A stretch of DNA of 64,000 nucleotides, taken from Eledone cirrhosa (Eukaryota). Where the stretch lies: the NCBI GenBank assembly GCA_964016885.1, contig OZ024742.1, positions 219,356,001 to 219,420,000 on the forward strand, given 5' to 3'. Position 1 is the first letter of the stretch. Every line of letters begins with the position of its first letter. The translations under genes and the position numbers were made by a program. The notes below the pieces were generated by a model that saw nothing but the letters and a program-made list of their open reading frames with translations, made no database searches and was not told where the DNA came from. Of the stretch, positions 37,554-50,706 are shown in pieces.

Positions 37554-38839
37554 CTAAAATGGAAAACCTTTCTTTAACATTTTGAAGATTTTTTTTTCAG
37601 AAATGTTTTAAGGTGTTCAACTATTTCAGAGCAACTTTTAAAAAAAATGATTTAAATTGAATGAAATCTATTCAGTATTTTCATTACCAAAGTGAAATGT
37701 AACAAAAATTGAATTAAAATCTTTTCTATATAAAATTAAAACCATACTGCAAATTGTTAAATATCAAAAATAAATTCAGTATATATCTAAATCATTTTTA
37801 AATTGGTGAAGTTTAGCCTTTATTTTTGGGAAAGAGACATTTTATTCAAGCATGTATGAAATTTTAAATTAATAAAAATATTTTTTTTTATTGTTAACTG
37901 AAATAGGTAGAGCAAAAATTCAGATTAGAAAATAAATTTAAAAAAAAAACATTTGCATTAATATAGAAATTGTAAATAATATTCAATTTTGAATTTATAA
38001 ACTGAAATTAATATTATACAGTCTGATTAGAATTTTAATTGAAAACAATTCTTGGTTTCTGAAAATATCTCAGATATTAAAATTTTTTGACACTATGTCA
38101 AAATTATTATTCATGGGTAATGGATGGGCTTCATATATATTTTTGATAATTAAACATTGAATTCCAGTATTATAAAGAGTTCAACATCAAATAACTAAAG
38201 AATTGAGATTTATTCAGTTTACATCGACCAAATGAAAAACAACTATTATAATGATTATTAATCCTTTTGATGCCAAACCACCTGAATCTGCTCTTGGTTT
38301 AATGATGAAAATCTGTTTATTATGAAGTATATATATATGTGTGTGTGTATATATATATATATTCTAGTTGGCGAAAATCCAAACATTTTAGAGTAACTTC
38401 AGTCTGTGGATGGGTTATGATATACATAATAAATCTACACTACAAAGAAGGGTTTTCTTCATAATTAAAAGCTGATGAGATAACTAATTTCCCGTCATTG
38501 AAACATGCATCCCATTAATTATGAATTCTTTGTATTTTTTTGAGTGCATGTTGATTGTGTATGTGCATGTATGTATATATATATATTATATATACATACA
38601 TACATACATGTAGGTGTCACAACAAAAAAACACAGTCCACACTAATGTGGTCGTGTAGGTAACAGTAAAACGTTCCTAGTTCCACACTAAATGTGGTTGG
38701 TGTTAAGAAGGGCATCCAGCCGTAGAAAACCTGCCAGATAGTCCTATATGAGCAAGACACGGTCACCTGACCAACCTTGCCTCAAGTGGGGCAACTCTGG
38801 TTATAACTGGTATCTTCATAATCAACCATTGCTACTCAC

Positions 38840-38951
38840 AGATTAACTTTAATGTATGTAATAACATTAAACTTAATAACAGATTAACTTTAATGTATGT
38901 AATAACATTAAACTTAATAACAGATTAACTTAATGTATGTAATAACATTAA
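38840..38951. repeat. ~41 bp tandem repeat, about 2.7 copies
   Basis: AGATTAACTTTAATGTATGTAATAACATTAAACTTAATAAC repeated. Confidence 0.9.
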
Positions 38952-39173
38952 AATTTGAGGACTGGGCAGAGAGTTTTATGTATCAAGTTTACATTAACCA
39001 TAACATTTTTATCTATTCTTTGATGGCTGACTCAAATGAAATGAGCTGTACCTATGACCAGTAAGATTGAAAAAAAAAAGATTCTGACAAAATTCAATAC
39101 CATGCAAAATGGTAAATATTAAATTTAGTCACAAGATAAATATTAATAAAAGTTTTGATAATCATAAACAAAC

Positions 39174-39237
39174 CTTCTTCTTCATCCGTGTCATCAGTGT
39201 TAAAATCAAGAGATTCAGTATCTTCTTCAACCATTTC
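39174..39237 (-). CDS. KIF21: KIF21 acidic-linker exon EMVEEDTESLDFNTDDTDEEE
   Basis: 64 bp, phase 0-1, cttcag / gtttgt; acidic stretch as in vertebrate KIF21 linkers. Confidence 0.82.
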
Positions 39238-39977
39238 CTGAAGAGATAATACAAAAAGACATTCTAAGAATACTTAAAGAGAAATAAAAATAAATAATAG
39301 TTCAGTGAACTTCTAATACTTAGTTTAATCAAAAAGCACCAATAATTATTTTTTCTAAACTGGTATTAACCCTTTTGATACTAAACTGCTTGGAATTGCC
39401 CCTGATTCTATGATAAATACTATACATTTTAAAGTGTTTATATTTATCTAGAAAAACCTTCCATCAATTTTATGTAAGAACCTTTAAGTTATGTTCCAAA
39501 TAGCTTAACGATGAGAACATTATTTAAATTACTAATTACCTCTAAATTCCTGATTTTCAAAATATTTTTGAAAATTATAGTTAATGTTTCATTGAAAATA
39601 TGGTAACAAATGGATTGATTAAATCACTTTCTTGTATTACATTCAGTCATTTCAATTATGCATAAACTTAGTAGTCTTCCTTCTTTTGAAAGAAAGTAAT
39701 AGTATCTTTCTTTTGCTATCAAGTGTTTGAGGCTAAGACACCTGACAGCAGTGCGTGCTCAAGGCTAAGATGTCAGACTGCTAGCAAGGGTTGGACACGT
39801 CATCACAGCCCAAGTTAGTACTGAATTAGAACCACTGATCTCGCACTCTGTAGAGCATGCCATACATTTTATGATAGCACCAGCACTAGGGAAGTCATCA
39901 TGTGTTTAGAACAATTGAAGAGTCCTTTTTACCTTTTGCATACACTGTTGAATAAAACATCTCATTTTAAAACTGAC

Positions 39978-40107
39978 CTCTCCAGCATAATATTCTTCAC
40001 TCAATGCTTCAAATGTTTCTCCAGTGATATCTGACAATCGATCACAAGGAATATCACCACGATTGTTCTTTTGGAGATTTCCTTCACAAATGTTTTCTTT
40101 ATCACTC
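39978..40107 (-). CDS. KIF21: KIF21 exon SDKENICEGNLQ...EEYYAGE
   Basis: 130 bp, phase 2-0, tttttag / gtcagt; variable linker. Confidence 0.8.
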
Positions 40108-40620
40108 CTAAAAAAAACATACAAAATATCTTGTAAAATTCATGATTACTGAAAGTGTTTATGAGTTTAACAACTTACTTAATCTACATGGTTCTTAATA
40201 TTTTGGATGTATTTTTTAATTGTAATTCTTTTGTTTGTACGGAAACTTGTCCAAGATAACGACAATTGCTCAAAGACAGTTATGATTTGCAGGACATTGC
40301 TGGAGAAGTAAGCAGTAAGTTATACACAAGCTAATATTGTGGGAACCAACTCATGGGAGATGCAGTAGAAGAAGAACTGCTCAAACATTTAACAATCAAC
40401 TCCCATATAACACAAACCTCAGTAGAAAGCAGTTGCCAGGAGCAATGGAAAGTCATGAATTGTGGAGAGACTTTTTCAGAAATGTTCATCTGTGGTTGCA
40501 ATGATGATGAATTCTTTTGTCAGGTTTAGTTTTAGTGATAGGTTATATCAAATTTGGTTAACCAGTTACAAAGGAATCAGTACCACTTTCATTACAACCA
40601 TCTGCATCTCCATATAAAGG

Positions 40621-40835
40621 GTGGTGGATTGGCAGTATAGAAAGAGCATCAGATATACTTTGCAGCATATAGTTACATCCATTTACAGTCTGAGTTCAAA
40701 TTCCTCCGAGGTTAGCTTTGCCTTTCATCCTTACAGGGTCGACAAAATAAAGTACCAGTAATGCATTGGGATCAATTTAACCGACATTCCCCTCTCCCAA
40801 AAATTGTTGGCCTTGTGGCTAAATCACAAACAATT
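40621..40835 (+). mobile_element. SINE family A variant
   Basis: tRNA-like head and central domain. Confidence 0.75.
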
Positions 40836-40949
40836 ATTATCATCTGTAGATGGCACTGAGTTCAACTTTTCCTTAAAGCCCATCACATTCATGATAAAAC
40901 TATTTCTTCTATCCTAGAAAAGCACCCTTCTCGACTAGATGGTGAGGAA

Positions 40950-42744
40950 AAAAGGGACAACTAGATGGCGGGTGGGAGGGGGCAACTAGACGGCAGAGGA
41001 AAAAGGGGACAACTAGAAGGCAGAGGAAAAGGGGACAACTAGAAGGCAGAAGAAAAAGGAGACAACTAGAAGGCAGAAGAAAAAGGAGACAACTAGAAGG
41101 CAGAAGAAAAAGGAGACAACTAGAAGGCAGAAGAAAAAGGAGACAACTAGAAGGCAGAAGAAAAAGGAGACAACTAGAAGGCAGAGGAAAAGGGGACAAC
41201 TAGACGGCAGAAGAAAAAGGGGACAACTAGACGGCAGAAGAAAAAGGGGACAACTAGAAGGCAGAAGAAAAAGGGGACAACTAGAAGGCAGAAGAAAAAG
41301 GGGACAACTAGAAGGCAGAAGAAAAAGGGGACAACTAGAAGGCAGAAGAAAAAAGGGACAACTAGAAGGCAGAAGAAAAAGGGGACAACTAGAAGGCAGA
41401 AGAAAAAGGGGACAACTAGAAGGCAGAAGAAAAAGGGGACAACTAGAAGGCAGGAGGAAAAGGGGACAACTAGAAGGCAGAGGAAAAGGGGACAACTAGA
41501 AGGCAGAGGAAAAGGGGACAACTAAAAGGCAGAGGAAAAGGGGACAACTAAAAGGCAGAGGAAAAGGGGACAACTAAAAGGCAGAGGAAAAGGGAACAAC
41601 TAAAATGCAGAGGAAAAGGGAACAACTAAAAGGCAGAGGAAAAGGGAACAACTAGAAGGCAGAGAGAAAAGGGGACAACTAGAAGGCAGAAGAAAAAGGA
41701 GACAACTAGAAGGCAGAGGAAAAGGGGACAACTAGAAGGCAGAGGAAATGGGGACAACTAGACGGCAGAAGAAAAGGGGACACCTAGAAGGCAGAAGAAA
41801 AGGGGACACCTAAAAGGCAGAAGAAAAGGGGACACCTAAAAGGCAGAAGAAAAGGGGACAACTAGAAGACAGAAGAAAAGGGGACAACTAGAATGCAGAA
41901 GAAAAGGGGACAACTAGAAGGCAGAAGAAAAATGGGACAACTAGAAGGCAGAAGAAAAAGGGGACAACTAGAAGGCAGAAGAAAAAGGGGACAACTAGAA
42001 GGCAGAAGAAAAAGGGGACAACTAGAAGGCAGAAGAAAAAGGGGACAACTAGAAGGCAGAAGAAAAAGGGGACAACTAGAAGGCAGAAGAAAACGGGGAC
42101 AACTAGAAGGCAGAAGAAAAAGGGGACAACTAGAAGGCAGAAGAAAAAGGGGACAACTAGAATTCAGAAGAAAAAGGGGACAACTAGAAGGCAGAAGAAA
42201 AAGGGGACAACTAGAAGGCAGAAGAAAAAGGGGACAACTAGAAGGCAGAGGAAAAAGGGACAACTAGAAGGCAGAGGAAAAAGGGACAACTAGAAGGCAG
42301 AGGAAAAAGGGACAACTAGAAGGCAGAGGAAAAAGGGACAACTAGAAGGCAGAGAAAAAAGGGACAACTAGAAGGCAGAGGAAAAGGGGACAACTAGAAG
42401 GCAGAGGAAAAGGGGACAACTAGAAGGCAGAGGAAAAGGGGACAACTAGAAGGCAGAGGAAAAGGGGACAACTAGAAGGCAGATGAAAAGGGGACAACTA
42501 GAAGGCAGAGGAAAAAGGGACAACTAGAAGGCAGAGGAAAAGGGGACAACTAGAAGGCAGAGGAAAAGGGGACAACTAGAAGGCAGAGGAAAAGGGGACA
42601 ACTAGAAGGCAGAAGAAAAGGGGACAACTAGAAGGCAGAAGAAAAGGGGACAACTAGAAGGCAGAAGAAAAGGGGACAACTAGAAGGCAGAAGAAAAGGG
42701 GACAACTAGAAGGCAGAGGAAAAAGGGACAACTAGAAGGCAGAG
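40950..42744. repeat. Minisatellite, 26-27 bp unit GGGACAACTAGAAGGCAGA(A/G)GAAAA(A)G, roughly 65-70 copies
   Basis: Direct inspection; variant units occur in blocks. Confidence 0.97.
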
Positions 42745-42882
42745 TCAACTACAATTAATCAAAGGATGAAGAAATCAGTTATTTTCTGATAACAAAACTG
42801 AGAATGAAAAAGTTTAGAATCAACAGGACTATTTCATGTTAAAAGAGATTCCAAGAAAGACAATTTATTAAATAGAACTTAC

Positions 42883-43107
42883 TCTTGACCATCTCCTCCA
42901 GTGCGGTATCTTATCTTTTCTTTTAGGTTTTTTAAGTCTTCATTAGCTTCTCTCAGCAGATCATAATTATTGAGCTCAGAGCTGCTGGGTACATCAGTAA
43001 GGGAGGAAGACATCGCAACACGTGGGCTGAGAGCAAGCCGAGATTGAGCTCGGGAAGCAGAATTCTGTGCAACTTTGCACTTGGACTCTGCTTCTACTAA
43101 TTGAGCT
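42883..43107 (-). CDS. KIF21: KIF21 exon AQLVEAESKCK...GGDGQ(E)
   Basis: 225 bp, phase 2-2, tttttcaaag / gtaagt. Confidence 0.88.
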
Positions 43108-43349
43108 CTTTGAAAAAGATGCAAATATTTACACAATGTTTTAATTTGATTAAAAAAGAATCAAGAAAGAAATTTAAAAATTGTGTGTGGACACACAAAA
43201 AAAAAAAATTGTAGACATAGATGTAAAACTATTATAAATGTAAAATCGCACCCAACTTAGAAAAATTTCTTTTTTTTTTCTGTTAAAGATATTAAAGCAG
43301 AAAATTCAAAATTATGTAAAACAATATAATTATACCCAAGATGGGTGTG

Positions 43350-43570
43350 TGGTTAGAATGTCTCAGGATAGAATCGCTGGACAGATTTTACAGGCAAGAC
43401 CAATGGGCAGGAGACCCAGGGGCAGACTATAAGCAAGATGGTTGGATAACATCCTTGAGCTTGGCTGGTCTTGCTTAAGGATCCAGCCAGATCAGTTGGA
43501 GACAGTTGCTTCTGACAGGACCCCCTGGAAGGTGTGTTTGAGCACTGCCTCCATGACCCTCTCAAGAATA
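43350..43570 (+). mobile_element. 3' fragment of a second RTE-like LINE family
   Basis: Similar to 57690-57910; other fragments at about 28790-28930 (-) and 61940-62050 (-). Confidence 0.7.
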
Positions 43571-43965
43571 AATGGGTAAAAAAGAAGAATACAATTATAA
43601 GTAAACTAGTGTTGGTGATCTACATGATAAACATACCCAGTACACACTGTAAAGTGGCTGGTGATAGGAAGGACATCCAGCTTTAGAAAGCTTACCAAAC
43701 AAAGAAGTGGGAGGACTCATCAATTGTGTCAAAACATTACAGCTTCTCTAGTAATGGTACCACAATAAAAAGCAGTTTGTAGAGTGTGGGACCATATGTA
43801 AGCAAAGAATGCAGATGCCCAGCCCTTGGATGTCAGTCTGTGAGTTGATTACAGGCTGAATTCACGTTATAAACGACTTCCCTGTATAAATTAGTAATTG
43901 TTTTCTAAGATATTTTAATTACAGCAAATAGGATTATATAAAAATGACTTGTTTGTTCTACATAC

Positions 43966-44032
43966 CGGAGAACCTCTGTCTCTTTAGTATAATTTTCTAT
44001 TAGAGTTGCTAATTGTTCATTGTTTACAGGTT
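43966..44032 (-). CDS. KIF21: KIF21 exon (E)PVNNEQLATLIENYTKETEVL(R)
   Basis: 67 bp, phase 1-2, tttcag / gtatgt; bridges the phases of its neighbours. Confidence 0.88.
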
Positions 44033-44619
44033 CTGAAAAAGAATTATATACAGAGAGTGTTAATATATATTTAAATAAAGAGTCATGCTATGTTAAACAT
44101 ATATTCATAGACCAAATACGACACATTAAATAATGATTAAATGTGAACTTGAGCATTTTATAGACATAACAAATGGAAAAATTTACAAAACTGCAAGCAT
44201 AAAACTCAATGGGAATACCCCATAAAACATCTGGTTATCCAAATATGTGGAATCACGTATCATATTTTATTAGTTTTCATTTCTTTATATTCCCACTAAA
44301 CCAATGTTCTACATTTAAATTGAATACATAGAAATACATACACTGATCTATTTTTAGAAATGTTGAGCAGATATTTATTTATTGAAAATTATCCTAGAGT
44401 TAAAAGCTTTATTTTTTTTTTACAACTAATCTAGATCTAGGATTGAAAGAAAAAAAAGATTTTCAGATTTTCACTTCTGATTTTTATTCATATGTTGTTA
44501 TGGTATTCAGACTAATGAATAAAATGTTTGAAATCAAACAATGAATTTATATATTTTAATCTTTTATAACAAACAAAAGAAAATGTATATATAAGAAAAA
44601 TTGATCAAAAATTTCTCAC

Positions 44620-44809
44620 CTGTTTGACTATGCTTGTATAAGTTGTTTTCAATAGCTAACTCTGTGTTCCGCTCTCTTAGGCAATCAGCTGTCTTAGACA
44701 TTGCCTTCAGGCGTTGTCGTAGTTTTTCATTCTCAGATTGCAACATTGTGTTTTCAGCCAAGAAGTCATTCATTCCTTCCATGCCATCACTGTCAACTAC
44801 ACGTTTTCC
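44620..44809 (-). CDS. KIF21: KIF21 exon GKRVVDSDGMEGMNDFLAENTMLQSENEKLRQRLKAM...
   Basis: 190 bp, phase 0-1, actag / gtgaga; coiled coil. Confidence 0.92.
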
Positions 44810-47771
44810 CTAGTTGAAATTAATTATGACATATTTTAAAATTTAAATCCTGTTCATATTTATCAATGAAAGATATTCTTTCTATTTTGTGTTGTATTAT
44901 AAATGTGTATTTTTATTTTCATTAACATTGTTAAAAGAGACTGGAATTTGTTTCAGTTGGACCAACAAATTGAAAACTAAAATAGATCTAACAAGAGGTA
45001 ACCCATCAAACATTAAAACTGGAAAGTGGGCACAACTAAAGCATAGTAAAATTACTTTAGACATAAATTTAAATTCGAGTGACAAAATCTAAAGTCTGTT
45101 TCAAGCCCAGAGGTTCATCAGACCAGTGCTTATCCTGGTTTCTGTGATATTAAGCAACTGAGAGTACAATACTCCCTCCTAGACAGGATGCCAGACCACA
45201 TGGGGTTAAACCCCCAGCTATTGCTGTTCCTCATTTTCAGCTAATTATACTGGAGCAACATGAATGAAGTGTTTTTCTCAAGCACACAACACAGTCTAGG
45301 AATCGAACCCACATCATGATCGTAAGTCCAACACCCTTACCACTAGGTCATGCACCTCCAGTGACAAAATGTTAGCTTAAAAAATAAAAAAAGGAAACAT
45401 TTACATCTAACCACTAAAAACAGACTTTATATTTATTTCAACAGTGAGTATTTAACTTTTAGACTGTATCCCTGAATGTCTCGAGAAGCAACTAAAGGGG
45501 ATGACCAAATAAAGGGCATCTGTGCATAAATCACTAGCTCAAAAAGTTCCATCCAATCGATGTCAGCTTGGAAAAGTAGTTATAAACATATGAAAGGTGT
45601 ATGTGTAAATATATGTATATATTAGAGGCAAAAACGAATCTTGATTATATATATTATATTTATCTACATTCATACACAGAACAAAAAGTGCTATCCAAGG
45701 TTTCAAGGTCCAATTATGATCATCATCTCGGATTTTGCATGGTGGTGGAGTGTGGAAGAGTGACCAAATTTGTGACCTAGTTATCAGGTGTTTTTTGTTC
45801 CATGTATGAACATAAATAATACATCTTTCATACCAGATTGAATACTGTTTATTTTTTTCCTTTCACACACCCATCAATTTTTTTACCACACACAATTATT
45901 TAACATTCACCTTCCTTGCTAATATATACATACACACAGAAACACAAAGACAAATAGATAATGATATAGAACACTGACTTCTGACATAAACAAAAGCATT
46001 TTGGAAAGAATTTCTAAGATTGTAGTATTCATGTGACAGATGGACACAAATGACTGATTATAATATTTTCGCAGTTAATTCTACTACTACGACAATCAAA
46101 ACACCCGCAATCATATGATGTTCAATAATCATACATTTAAGATGTTGGAATACTAACTCCACACTAAATTTCAAAGCCTTCAACAATTCAAATTTTTTGG
46201 TAATTGATCCAGCAAAACGCACCATCAACATGGCAAAGTGGATAAAAAAACTACACAGTAATCTAGGTCTTCATTTAAACATTTGATGAAATTCAAGAAA
46301 GCCTCTCGACCAATTTAATGTGGAGGGCAGTAAAACTGTCTAATGGTTCATCAAAGAAAGCAAGGGTATATACGCCTAAGTTTTAAGGCAGTTTGGACTA
46401 AGATTTTGGCTTCTTCAATAGCTCTTTCTATGGTGAAAGACCAACTGGTTGTATTCTGGTAAAATAGAGTTGAATAGCTGGATATTATCGAAGTGAAGTT
46501 CTGCATTCAGGTATAATTGTATTGTCAATGTTAAGTTTTGAAGCGAAAAATAAGCCAGAAAAGAACATATATATACATATAAGAGCATACAATTACTCAA
46601 GTTTAAAAAACTACATCAGTATTTGAAGATTACTAATTAGTCACATTTATTCAACTGTTAAATACAGACCACTGCCACTACCACATACAACACACACACA
46701 AGACAAAAGTACAAGTTACACACAACTCTCTCACAAGATTCCCAGCATACACAGATAACTTAGTAAACATAGTAAAATGACACAGAAACATATCACAGGC
46801 ACCTTGTTAGCCACAGAAGAAGAAAACACAATTGAGTAGAAACAACACATTAGAGCCATCATAGACTAGACTATGTCAATTGTACATGAATCACCAATCT
46901 TACAACAAGCAACCATAAACTGCAAAGGACAAAACAATAAACGACACATCATAACAGGTGTGTTGCTGTAGTATGTCTCAGCCTTCCCCCACCCCACTCA
47001 CATACACACACATACACACAGTACATAAAAAATAACCTCTAAATATCAAAACACATGTCTAACCCATGCAAGCATTGATAATAGCCATAAAGTAATGTTG
47101 ATATTTAACATTCTATAGCACTGCTACAACAACATGCTAAAAATACTATCTCTTCCATTCAACCCAGACAAAAGAGAAAACACACACACACGCGCGCGCG
47201 CGATGGCTGCCCCTTCGTTATTGAGTATGGCCATTGCACGAGAAAAAAAAAAAAAAATTATATATATATATATATCTCTTAATAACAACAATAATAATGA
47301 CAACAACACTACACACACACACATGATAGCAATTAACAGCGCTGCGATCGAATGTGGCTTTTTAGCCCAGCCAATGATCTAAAATGCCTTGCACAGTCGG
47401 CAACCAAAAAAAGCGCACGCACACGCGCACACACGCACACACACACATTCTTACAGCAACTGCCACACTGGGCCTAAACACTGTGCTGGGGTTGCATATC
47501 CCCAACAATAACTACAAAAAGAGCAACAACTGTTGCATCCGAACCATTCCCACCTTTGCTGTGGCTACCACTAGAATCTGTGAGATTACTGTGTAGTGGA
47601 GAGAGAGAGAGAGAGAGAGCACATTGTGTCTAGGCTATCACACTGTAACACAAATCAGCACAGCATGTGAGAGTGTTCAGTATAGTCCTCAGCCTGACAG
47701 GGCGGTTCGGACAGGGCTGTGCTGGAGCAACACAATATTAAAAAGATTTATATCATTGAACCTTTACTTAC

Positions 47772-47967
47772 TGTTTTATATTCTAATAATTCTTTTTGTA
47801 AAAGGCTGTTTTCAGCCCTTAATTGTGCCAACAATTTACTGGCTTTATCCTGGTTTGCTACAACAACATTCTGGATATTTTTTGCCCTATTAGCATATTT
47901 TAGTGTGTTTAAGGTTTCCATAAAATCTCTGTCAGAAGGTGAAATGCAAGCAATCATGAGGGTCCGG
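47772..47967 (-). CDS. KIF21: KIF21 exon, end of motor domain and neck ([31 protein letters not shown]...EYKT)
   Basis: 196 bp, phase 2-0, cacag / gtaagt. Confidence 0.95.
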
Positions 47968-49411
47968 CTGTGATAAATAAAAAAAGGAAAAGAAATTTCA
48001 GCTTAGATTTTTTTAAAATATTTTACTTCAAAATACATATTTGAAACATTATAACAAGTTTAGTCAATGGAGTAGTTGTTTAGACCCAGATTAATCCTGA
48101 TAGAGTAGCTGTTTACACCCAGGTCAATTCTGATAGACATTCCACCTGTGATCATCTCATCATTTCTAAGGCAGTAGACTTCATTTTTCAAGGGTTCTTC
48201 CTCTTTTTAAAGTAGAATGTCATTTCAACATTTCTCTAATATATCTAGCAGGTTGAGCTATTGCATAGAAAATATATTCAAAACAAGGAGGAAAATAATA
48301 ATTTGCAACCTAAGAGCAGCTAAGCACCATACCCCTGGACTCAACTCACACCGATTCAATCTACCAAGGTATAAATAGGTAGTATGAGTAGGCATTGTTC
48401 ATGACTGAGTAGCAGGAATTCTAATTAACAAAAAATGTTATTAGCTTTCATTTTTGAGTTGATGTTCTGTGAACCCGAGCCACATTAGAAATTCACTCAC
48501 TAGTCCTATGTTAACTATCAGTGTTACACTAAAAACAACTGGGGTACTTTTCTGATGAACAGTCAGCTAGCTGTGAACCATACAAATGCAATCTCTGATG
48601 TTTTTCTTTGTACAAAGGAAATAACAGAATGCATTTATGTGTTCCTTTTTCACAGCATGATTTTAAAAGACTATGTTGTGCATAAATATTTATTATATTA
48701 ATTATGATGCCAAAAGAATGTATGTTATACAAACTAGAATGGTTATGTCAGTTAAGTTTGGGTTTGACAGAAATAGTGGCTTGCTACAAGTCCTCTTTAT
48801 TTGCAGGAGCAAAAATGTGCTTATCTTCAAATAAACTGCTAATTAGCAGCAAAATAAGTAAAGGCAACATCGTATGTTTTTCTTTGTATGAAGAGAAAAA
48901 CAAAATCTTTTCATTTTCGTTTCACAGCAAGACTTTTATAATTTAAAGACAGATTATACCAACATTGAATTTATCTTAAATGAATAAATGCTTTTAAAAT
49001 GCGTGCATAGAGGTACATGGTCTAGTGGGAAGGATGTTGGGCTTATGATCATAATGTCATGGGTTCGACTCCTGGACTGAGTTGTGTGTTGTGTTCTTGA
49101 GAAAAACACGTTGCTCCAGTATACTTAGCTGAAAATGAGTACCAGCAATAGCAGGAGGGCGCGGGTTTAACTCTGCTATGAACAGGTGTCCTATCTAGGT
49201 GGGAGGAAGTCCTGTACTCTTAGTCGCTTCCCACCATGGAAATTTGGATAAGCACAGGCCTGATGAGCCTCTGGACTCAAGACAGGTTTTAAACCTTTTT
49301 TAAAATGTAATATGCTATAAACTTGGTTAAAGTATCATTCAAACATAAGGAAACAAATATTCTAAAATGCTATAGACATAAATGAAAACTGAAGACATGA
49401 AAGTAACTCAC

Positions 49412-49527
49412 CTATTACCTCCTAGGGAATCTTGTAGTAGTCGAGTTAATTTTGAATCTCGATAAGGTACATGGCATCCTTTTTTTGTTTTGTCACCAAG
49501 AGCAGATATCACATTTCCTAAAGCAAG
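49412..49527 (-). CDS. KIF21: KIF21 exon [12 protein letters not shown]...[20 protein letters not shown]
   Basis: 116 bp, phase 0-2, tttcag / gtgagt. Confidence 0.95.
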
Positions 49528-49740
49528 CTGAAAATAATGATAATGATATTAAGATTATTAGTAACAGTAGTACTAGCATGGAAAAATTGCCTTCATTCGA
49601 TCATTTCATCATAGTACCAGTAATATACCTTGAACATGTCAATAAAATTTATATAATAAATAAGACTAAAAAAGTAAAGACAGTACTAAAAAAGAAAAGA
49701 AAAAAACGGGAATAATAAATCATTATTATTTCTATTACTG

Positions 49741-50091
49741 AGCGGTGGATTGGCAGTATCGGTAGAGGGTCGGACGCCATGCTTTGATGCATTGTAAATG
49801 TGGTTGGTGTTAGGAAGGGCATCTAGCCATAGAAAACCTGCCAGATAGTCCTATATGAGCGAGACATGGTCACCCGACCAACCTTGCTTCAAGTGGGACA
49901 ACTCCCATCTAACCATGCTAGCGTGAAAAATGGACGTTAAACGAAGATGATGATGAGTTATGGCCCTTGCCATTCTGAGTTCAAATCCCGCCAAGGTTAA
50001 CTTCGCCTTTCATCCTTATGGGGTCGATAAAATAAAGTACCAGTAATGCACTGGGTAATTGCTAGCCTTGTGCCAAAAGTAGAAACAATTA
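49741..50091 (+). mobile_element. SINE family A with a nested RTE-tail insertion (about 49793-49956)
   Basis: The tRNA head is split between A and B boxes by a GGTTGGTGTTAGGAAGGGCATC...(GAT)n segment. Confidence 0.82.
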
Positions 50092-50151
50092 TTTCTATTA
50101 TCGAGCACGAGAAGTTGAGACAGTACATTAGTGTAATACATAGGAAAAGTA

Positions 50152-50706
50152 CACCCGCCACGTCAGTGCTGACAGTCCACCCGCCACGTCAGTGCCGACA
50201 GTCCACCCGCCACGTCAGTGCCGACAGTCCACCCGCCACGTCAGTGCCGACAGTCCACCCGCCACGTCAGTGCCGACAGTCCACCCGCCACGTCAGTGCC
50301 GACAGTCCACCCGCCACGTCAGTGCCGACAGTCCACCCGCCACGTCAGTGCCGACAGTCCACCCGCCACGTCAGTGCCGACAGTCCACCCGCCACGTCAG
50401 TGCCGACAGTCCACCCGCCACGTCAGTGCCGACAGTCCACCCGCCACGTCAGTGCCGACAGTCCACCCGCCACGTCAGTGCCGACAGTCCACCCGCCACG
50501 TCAGTGCTGACAGTCCACCCGCCACGTCAGTGCCGACAGTCCACCCGCCACGTCAGTGCCGACAGTCCACCCGCCACGTCAGTGCCGACAGTCCACCCGC
50601 CACGTCAGTGCCGACAGTCCACCCGCCACGTCAGTGCCGACAGTCCACCCGCCACGTCAGTGCTGACAGGTGGACTGTCACGTCAGTGCTGACAGTCCAC
50701 CTGTCA
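50152..50706. repeat. GC-rich minisatellite, 26 bp unit CACCCGCCACGTCAGTGCCGACAGTC, about 20 copies, ending in a 17 bp inverted repeat
   Basis: Direct inspection; units near identical. Confidence 0.97.

Noticed and set aside
40909-42744. Repeat-protein ORFs or CRISPR-like array
   Set aside because: Simple minisatellite with mixed 26/27 bp units that shift frame; no spacers.
50152-50706. Possible CRISPR array
   Set aside because: Head-to-tail identical units with no unique spacers, no cas genes, eukaryotic intron.
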